Translations under genes and position numbers: made by a program
Origin: Candidatus Woesearchaeota archaeon
GTDB taxonomy: Archaea; Nanobdellota; Nanobdellia; Woesearchaeales; JABGUJ01
DNA length: 64,000 nucleotides
Assembly (NCBI GenBank): GCA_018646625.1
Contig: JABGUJ010000001.1
Span: 503,534 to 567,533 of the forward strand
Direction of reading: 5' to 3'
In this document: positions 58,617-64,000 of the stretch, one piece after another
Layout: each line of letters opens with the position of its first letter
Numbering within the stretch: position 1 is the first letter of the stretch
The notes under the pieces: generated by a model
Told to the model about the DNA's origin: nothing
Database searches by the model: none
Seen by the model: only the letters and a program-made list of their open reading frames with translations

Positions 58617-59945
58617 TCATTCAAAACTTATTCTTTGCCCGTTTTTCATTAAATGGACACTTTCTCCCTGAACATATCCTTCCTCAACAGCTAGATTACA
58701 CATTGCAACTGCTTTTTCATCAGCACAGTGCGCAGGAATTATGTGATTTGGTTTTAACATGTTAACTAAATCTCTCAAATCTTCTCTTGATGCGTGCCCT
58801 GAAACATGAATATCTTTGAATACTCTTACGTGTCTATTTTTCAAAGCGTCTTCTAATATTTTTCTGTCTGCAACATGAACAGGACTAGGAATGATTTGAC
58901 TAGAAAATATAACATGATCTCCCGATCTTAGCTTAAAATCAAATTGATCTCTTGCCAATCTTGAAAGTACTGCCTTCTTTTCACCTTGGTGTCCCGTAAC
59001 TACAATAAGATATTTTTCAGGATGTTTAAGGTTCTTGAAAGCCTTCCTCATCTTATGAGCGAATCTATATATTTTCACATCTTTACTAAAATCAATAACA
59101 TTTGCTTCTTCACCCGCACTAACATATTTTGCAAGTGACCTTCCAAACAACAAAACCTTTCTGTCCATCTTCTTTCCAAAAGAAATTATGGATTTTAATC
59201 TTGCCAAGTGAGACGCAAATGTTGTGATAACAATTGCCTTACCTTCACTTTCTGTTCCCATTAAAACATCTTGCAACATATCTCTAGCAACTTGCTCTGA
59301 TGGCGTTTTTCTCTCGGCTTTCGCATAAATAGAATCTACAATTAAACAAACAACCCCATCTTTGCCAACTTGTTTTATTTTCTCAAAGTTTGGTTTTTTA
59401 CCGAGTACAGGATAACTATCAAACTTGAAGTCATTTGCATATACGACCGTCCCGTAAGGTGTATGTATCGCCACCATCACAGTCTGCGGAGTAGAGTGAG
59501 TCATGTTGATAAAATCAATACTAATCTTATCACTTATTTTATAAGAAGAATTTGGATGAAGTTCAACAATATCATTTTTAATCTTTTTTTTATCATCTCT
59601 TAAGATGGTACGCAGTACTGCACTTGCAAATGGCGTACAAATTATTGGCGCATTATATTTACTTGACAAATAAGGTAACGCTCCAATGTGATCCAAATGA
59701 GCGTGGGTAGGAATAATTGCTACAACTTTTTTCCTCCAGTCCTCAATATGTCTTATATCTGGTACTGCCCCTATGTTTAGTAATCTTTTTGCACTTATGT
59801 TTTTAACATCTGCATCGTCAACTTCCACTATATACTTATCTAGCAACAAACCCATGTCCATCACTACAACTTCATCATCAACCTTTATGGCGGTACAATT
59901 TCTTCCAATTTCATCATATCCACCAACAGTACATATCTCAATCAT
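58617..59945 (-). CDS. rnj: ribonuclease J (beta-CASP)
   Basis: GGYDEIGRNC, THAHLDHIG, HSTPQ, DFKFD, TGHQGE, HVSGH, PAH. Confidence 0.95.
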   Translation of the reverse strand: MIEICTVGGYDEIGRNCTAIKVDDEVVVMDMGLLLDKYIVEVDDADVKNISAKRLLNIGAVPDIRHIEDWRKKVVAIIPTHAHLDHIGALPYLSSKYNAPIICTPFASAVLRTILRDDKKKIKNDIVELHPNSSYKISDKISIDFINMTHSTPQTVMVAIHTPYGTVVYANDFKFDSYPVLGKKPNFEKIKQVGKDGVVCLIVDSIYAKAERKTPSEQVARDMLQDVLMGTESEGKAIVITTFASHLARLKSIISFGKKMDRKVLLFGRSLAKYVSAGEEANVIDFSKDVKIYRFAHKMRKAFKNLKHPEKYLIVVTGHQGEKKAVLSRLARDQFDFKLRSGDHVIFSSQIIPSPVHVADRKILEDALKNRHVRVFKDIHVSGHASREDLRDLVNMLKPNHIIPAHCADEKAVAMCNLAVEEGYVQGESVHLMKNGQRISFE

Positions 59946-59946
59946 T

Positions 59947-60096
59947 TTAGAAATCAAACAAAGACTTTTGTCTATCCTCTACCAATTTCTTTGCTTCTTG
60001 ATACGTTAATCTTTGTTCATTCATCATTTTTCTTATCTGGTCATCCTGTTCTCTCTCTGAATCTCTTTGCTTTTGCCACTGATCTACATCTTCCAT
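59947..60096 (-). CDS. 49-aa microprotein ending in a PIP box (QKSLFDF), missed by the ORF track
   Basis: manual translation MEDVDQWQKQRDSEREQDDQIRKMMNEQRLTYQEAKKLVEDRQKSLFDF; stop 1 nt before the rnj ATG. Confidence 0.7.
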   Translation of the reverse strand: MEDVDQWQKQRDSEREQDDQIRKMMNEQRLTYQEAKKLVEDRQKSLFDF

Positions 60097-60143
60097 GAAA
60101 CCCTGACATTTAGCTTCAATTAAATAGTTTTCTAAAGAAAAAA

Positions 60144-60312
60144 TGAGGGGGCAGGGATTCGAACCCTAGTAGGCACTAAGCCAACAGATGACCCACGGAA
60201 TGCATCATTGATCCCCATAAGAGACCTCATCACTCGAATGACTTGAGTTTGGACTCATTTAGTACCTAGGCACCAAACGAACTGTCCCGTTTGGCCACTC
60301 CGGCACCCCCTC
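60144..60312 (-). tRNA. tRNA-Leu(CAA) with two introns (33 nt at 30/31 = 60249-60281; 52 nt at 37/38 = 60190-60241)
   Basis: acceptor GAGGGGG/CCCCCTC-A; T-arm GGTTCGAATCC; long variable arm; splicing restores ACAGA-CTCAAGA-TCTGT; BHB motif at both introns. Confidence 0.88.
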
Positions 60313-60367
60313 GTACAAACTACCTTCCAGAATCTACATGTATTTTAAAAAGCTTTCTATGCACTAT

Positions 60368-60736
60368 TTACTTCCTACTTAAAGAATTCAGCTTCTCTTC
60401 AATCGCATCAAGCTCTTGCTCCAGTCTTGTCAAGTCCCCTTTGGGCTTGGCTTTCGCATGATGTGATTTCTTTGCACCTTTTTTCACAGGTTTACTAACT
60501 GCAACAATTGGTTCCTTTACTTTCGGCAGATGTTTCTTTAGATTAGAATTAAGAGTTCTAATTTCGCTCATTATTTTTTTCAACTCTAAATTTTTCTCTA
60601 CAATTGCAACCCTTGTTCTTTTTAACCCTTCAAGAGCTTGCAAAGATGTAACAGTATCTCTAAGATTTTCCAACACGCCTCTTCTAATTTCGTGTTGATT
60701 CTCTATCTGTATGAAATAAGTATCTTCTCCGCTCAT
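60368..60736 (-). CDS. hypothetical coiled-coil protein
   Basis: YFIQIEN...LTRLEQELDAIEEKL; third gene of an operon. Confidence 0.75.
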   Translation of the reverse strand: MSGEDTYFIQIENQHEIRRGVLENLRDTVTSLQALEGLKRTRVAIVEKNLELKKIMSEIRTLNSNLKKHLPKVKEPIVAVSKPVKKGAKKSHHAKAKPKGDLTRLEQELDAIEEKLNSLSRK

Positions 60737-60738
60737 TT

Positions 60739-60960
60739 TTATGGTTTAAACAAGGTTGCATCAATTGAATTAACTCTAGTTTCTATTTCTGCAACTTTTT
60801 CTTTCCAGCTTTCCACTTCTGTTGATTCTTGTGCTCTCAAATCATCAAGCTCTCCCAAAACAACTTTAGCGTCGCCTATCTTCTTTTTGATGAGACTAAT
60901 AACATCTAACACGTCCTTATACTCATCGATCTTAACAAAAATTGGTTGATTGTCCTCCAT
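60739..60960 (-). CDS. small coiled-coil hypothetical protein
   Basis: PIFVKIDEYKDVL...IDATLF. Confidence 0.8.
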   Translation of the reverse strand: MEDNQPIFVKIDEYKDVLDVISLIKKKIGDAKVVLGELDDLRAQESTEVESWKEKVAEIETRVNSIDATLFKP

Positions 60961-60965
60961 GCGTT

Positions 60966-61943
60966 TCACCCTTCGAATACTGTTTTATCTATAAACACTA
61001 GTTTTCTTTCAATATCTTCCATTGTCTTTTTGAATTTCTCAAAAGTGGAATCCTTTAAGTTTTTAATTTCTGATAGCCTTAGAGATTTTTCTTCTCCTTG
61101 GTCTGCAAGAATATTAATCTCCTCGATGTCTCTTATACATTCTTCATGCTCACTTGCTTTAACAAACAAACATTCAGGAGTTCTTATCGCTCTACTAATC
61201 GGTTCTTCTTCAATTATTTCTGCTTTTAATTTTGCAGGTTCTTCCTTATATGCTTCACTCATTCCCCCAATGTATGGTTCGGCAGGAACATCTTCAACAT
61301 CTAATGGAGGTAATTTATCTGGAACAAATTCTACATTTTCACTAGCAGATTGAGGAGTATTATCTTCTTCTCCTTCGAAAACAGGAACAGGAGGAGCATC
61401 TAAATCATCTTCATGACTAACAGGTTGAACCGGTGCTTGTTCCATCACGGGTTCTTGCATTTCCTCAACTGGCGGTGGTGCTACAGGTTCTTCTTCCGCC
61501 ACAGGCATAGGAGGTAACTCTGGCTCGTCAGTCACAGGTTCATAACTAGGTAATGGTTGTGCTACACCATCCTCCTCAAACTCTGGAGGTGGAGGTAAAT
61601 CTTGAATTTCAGAAACATCAGGACTTGCTGAAGAAAACCCGCCCATCTCTGGCATTTCTTCATCATGTGCGCCAGGTGCTAGAGGCATTTCAGGTAACTC
61701 GGGGAATTGAGGTCCACCATAATCTCCTGCTGCTGGCTGAGGAGCCTCAGGCATAGGAGGTAAATCGTTTTGTAATTCATCTGGTAAAGGTGGAATGTCA
61801 GGTTGTTCCAAGTTAGAAGGAAGGGGCGGGATCAATGGTTCATCAACAGCATTAGGAGGAACTGCAGATTGGGTTGCGAGGTTTCCCGCAGGTGGGATAC
61901 CTACTTTGCCTGTTTTTGGCTTTAGAAGGTCCTTTATACCCAT
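60966..61943 (-). CDS. Pro/Glu-rich disordered protein with C-terminal coiled-coil domain paralogous to 60739..60960
   Basis: many PPLP/LPPMP motifs; C-terminal LFVKASEHEEC...IDKTVF; GGGGTGG SD. Confidence 0.8.
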   Translation of the reverse strand: MGIKDLLKPKTGKVGIPPAGNLATQSAVPPNAVDEPLIPPLPSNLEQPDIPPLPDELQNDLPPMPEAPQPAAGDYGGPQFPELPEMPLAPGAHDEEMPEMGGFSSASPDVSEIQDLPPPPEFEEDGVAQPLPSYEPVTDEPELPPMPVAEEEPVAPPPVEEMQEPVMEQAPVQPVSHEDDLDAPPVPVFEGEEDNTPQSASENVEFVPDKLPPLDVEDVPAEPYIGGMSEAYKEEPAKLKAEIIEEEPISRAIRTPECLFVKASEHEECIRDIEEINILADQGEEKSLRLSEIKNLKDSTFEKFKKTMEDIERKLVFIDKTVFEG

Positions 61944-62058
61944 TAACTTACCACCCCTTTTTTTTAGTATTTAAACAGACGTCATTATTTAAACCTTGTT
62001 GAGTATTCGCGAGTGAGAATTAGTGGATTTTGCTAGTACGGGAGCTCATTCGGTGAAA

Positions 62059-62290
62059 CTAAAGAAGCATAGCACACCTGTATCCCTCTTTAGTTGGATA
62101 CTCTCCTTCTGTACATCCAAAACATGCTCTTTCAGTAACGCCAATTCCACTTCGTAATCCTTCGGGAGTTTGATAAATAATGTGCACTTTACCTTTTTTA
62201 CTTTGTTTATATTTTTCAGGGTGACTATCTTTGCAATTTCATCATCATCAAAAAACGTGTTTCTAATTTCTTTGTATTCTAAACTAACCT
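62059..62290 (-). pseudogene. probable frameshifted remnant of an amidophosphoribosyltransferase (PurF) C-terminus
   Basis: one frame gives IIYQTPEGLRSGIGVTERACFGCTEGEYPT (PurF YxxxEGLxxxIG..CxxCxxGxYP); the adjacent frame gives DDDEIAKIV; no start codon. Confidence 0.45.
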
Positions 62291-62381
62291 CGCTTTTATC
62301 TTATGAAATTAAATACTGTGTGGATTTCTATTCTGCAAACTTATGTATAGGTTTATAAACCTCCATTACTGAACGAATTAC

Positions 62382-63248
62382 ATGAAAGAGGCAATGTTTT
62401 GGGAAATAATGCATGGCGAACTAAAGTGCTTGCTTTGCCCCAAAAACTGTGCAATACCTTTAGATCAAACAGGGTTTTGTAAAGCCAGGAAAAACATAGA
62501 CGGAAAACTCTATTCTTTAGTCTTCTCACATCCTACTTCGCTCGCGGTAGATCCAATTGAGAAAAAGCCTCTGGCGCATTTTATGCCTGGAACAAAAACG
62601 TTTTCATTCTCAACGGTGGGTTGCAATTTAGGTTGCATGTTCTGCCAGAATTGGGAAATTGCGAGAGCCTCACCGGATGATAGACCTAAACGAACAATTT
62701 CTCCAGAAAAAATAGTTGAATTGGCGATTGAGAATAACTGCGACAGCATCTCTTACACCTATGTTGAACCAACAATATTCTACGAATATGTGTATGAAAC
62801 TGCTATGCTTGCACACGAAAAAGGATTAAAGAACGTAATGGTTACCAATGGATACATAAATCGAGATCCTGTGAGAAAACTTTACAAGTATATAGATGCA
62901 GTTAACATAGACATAAAATCATTCAGCGAAGACTTCTATAAACAATATTGTGCCGCATCATTAGCTCCAGTTCTAAAAACAATACGGGAAATAAAAAGAA
63001 TGAAAACAGTTCATATAGAATTAACTAATTTAATCATTCCTGGATTGAACGACAACGAAGAAGAAATAAAGCAAATGTGCGAATGGATTAAAGAAAAAAT
63101 TGGTGAGAAAACTCCGTTACACTTCTCGCGTTTCTTTCCACATCACAAAATGAAAGATAAAGAACCGACGCCTAAAGAAACTCTATTGAAAGCCAAAGAA
63201 ATTGCGGAAACTGCTGGTTTAGAACGAGTACAGCTAGGAAACATATAG
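62382..63248 (+). CDS. amrS: AmmeMemoRadiSam system radical SAM enzyme
   Basis: CLLCPKNC, DPIEKKPL.HF.PG, GCNLGCMFCQNWEI, SYTYVEP, PLHFSRFFP. Confidence 0.9.
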   Translation: MKEAMFWEIMHGELKCLLCPKNCAIPLDQTGFCKARKNIDGKLYSLVFSHPTSLAVDPIEKKPLAHFMPGTKTFSFSTVGCNLGCMFCQNWEIARASPDDRPKRTISPEKIVELAIENNCDSISYTYVEPTIFYEYVYETAMLAHEKGLKNVMVTNGYINRDPVRKLYKYIDAVNIDIKSFSEDFYKQYCAASLAPVLKTIREIKRMKTVHIELTNLIIPGLNDNEEEIKQMCEWIKEKIGEKTPLHFSRFFPHHKMKDKEPTPKETLLKAKEIAETAGLERVQLGNI

Positions 63249-63395
63249 AATTTCTCGGATTTTTTCGCAAAATATTCAAATAGCTAAGCGCAGCTAAATT
63301 TCATCCAACAGTTCACTACATACTTACAATCTTAAAAAAATCTTTTCGCTCTCCAACCAGTTAACCTTTTCTAAATAAAACAAACATCTTTCCTT

Positions 63396-64000
63396 ATGGT
63401 TCGGTGCTTGTTACTCGCTATGGTTGTCCTGGCACTAATCCACTCTCTACCAGTATCTGGCAACGTTGTGATAAATGAGATTTTCTACAACGCCCCAGGC
63501 TCTGACAACAACAAAGAGTTCGTTGAACTTTACGCTCACAACATGCCTTTGCTGGTAGATTTTACAATCATGGACGCCTCTTCTGAAGATACTCTTCTTC
63601 CAATAAGATTAACAAATTCAAGCTATGCACTCATAGTGGAAGACGGATTTATTTATGACAACATCTCCGCTTCGATATACTCCGCAGGCGCCACCATTGG
63701 AAACAACCTTGATAACTCTGGAGACATACTAACTCTTTTTACTCCGCAAGGAAACATTGTCACGACTGAAATCTATAATTCAACTTATGCAAATGGTAAC
63801 GGATTCTCATTAGAACGAATAAACGACATTTTTCTAGAAAGTTTGGTTGTTGGAGGCACACCCGGAAAACCTAACAGCGCACTCGTTCCAACCAATCACA
63901 AATGTAGTTTGCAGATTTTAACACCTAAACAAATCATTGACAAAAACGATAAATTAACCTTTTCTTTCAGAACCAACACCAACAATTTCATAATTGTATA
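63396..64000 (+). CDS. secreted lamin-tail-domain protein (runs off the window end)
   Basis: manual translation: signal peptide then VVINEIFYNAPGSDNNKEFVELY...GFSLER...GGTPGKPNS. Confidence 0.8.
   Translation, partial: MVRCLLLAMVVLALIHSLPVSGNVVINEIFYNAPGSDNNKEFVELYAHNMPLLVDFTIMDASSEDTLLPIRLTNSSYALIVEDGFIYDNISASIYSAGATIGNNLDNSGDILTLFTPQGNIVTTEIYNSTYANGNGFSLERINDIFLESLVVGGTPGKPNSALVPTNHKCSLQILTPKQIIDKNDKLTFSFRTNTNNFIIV

Noticed and set aside
62170..62358. 62-aa plus-strand ORF
   Set aside because: No SD or motif; antisense to the purF-like remnant and covers the amrS promoter region

Overview
This is an AT-rich archaeal chromosome segment, most consistent with a DPANN (Woesearchaeota-like) organism. 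The evidence is a fused PriS-PriL primase, Hef, PCNA, RNase J, PolB with a PIP box, a PRC-barrel protein, expanded TrmB/Lrp regulators, GAGGTGA Shine-Dalgarno sites, BRE/TATA promoters and an intron-containing tRNA. No rRNA, CRISPR array or IS element was seen. The most notable elements are: (1) a tandem pair of membrane-embedded Hsp90/GHKL-type ATPases, one interrupted by a TM-flanked transglutaminase-like domain (12735-18285); (2) a ~2.1 kb locus beside the primase with two families of short repeats around a coiled-coil/wHTH gene (origin-, terminus- or centromere-like); (3) five tandem small secreted Gly/Tyr/Asn/Arg-rich proteins (46227-48416); (4) tRNA-Leu(CAA) with two BHB introns; (5) an unannotated 49-aa PIP-box microprotein near PCNA; (6) three orphan solute-binding proteins, each divergently paired with a regulator and a palindromic operator; (7) two probable ATA-initiated genes. 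All functional calls come from motif recognition by eye; no database searches were run.
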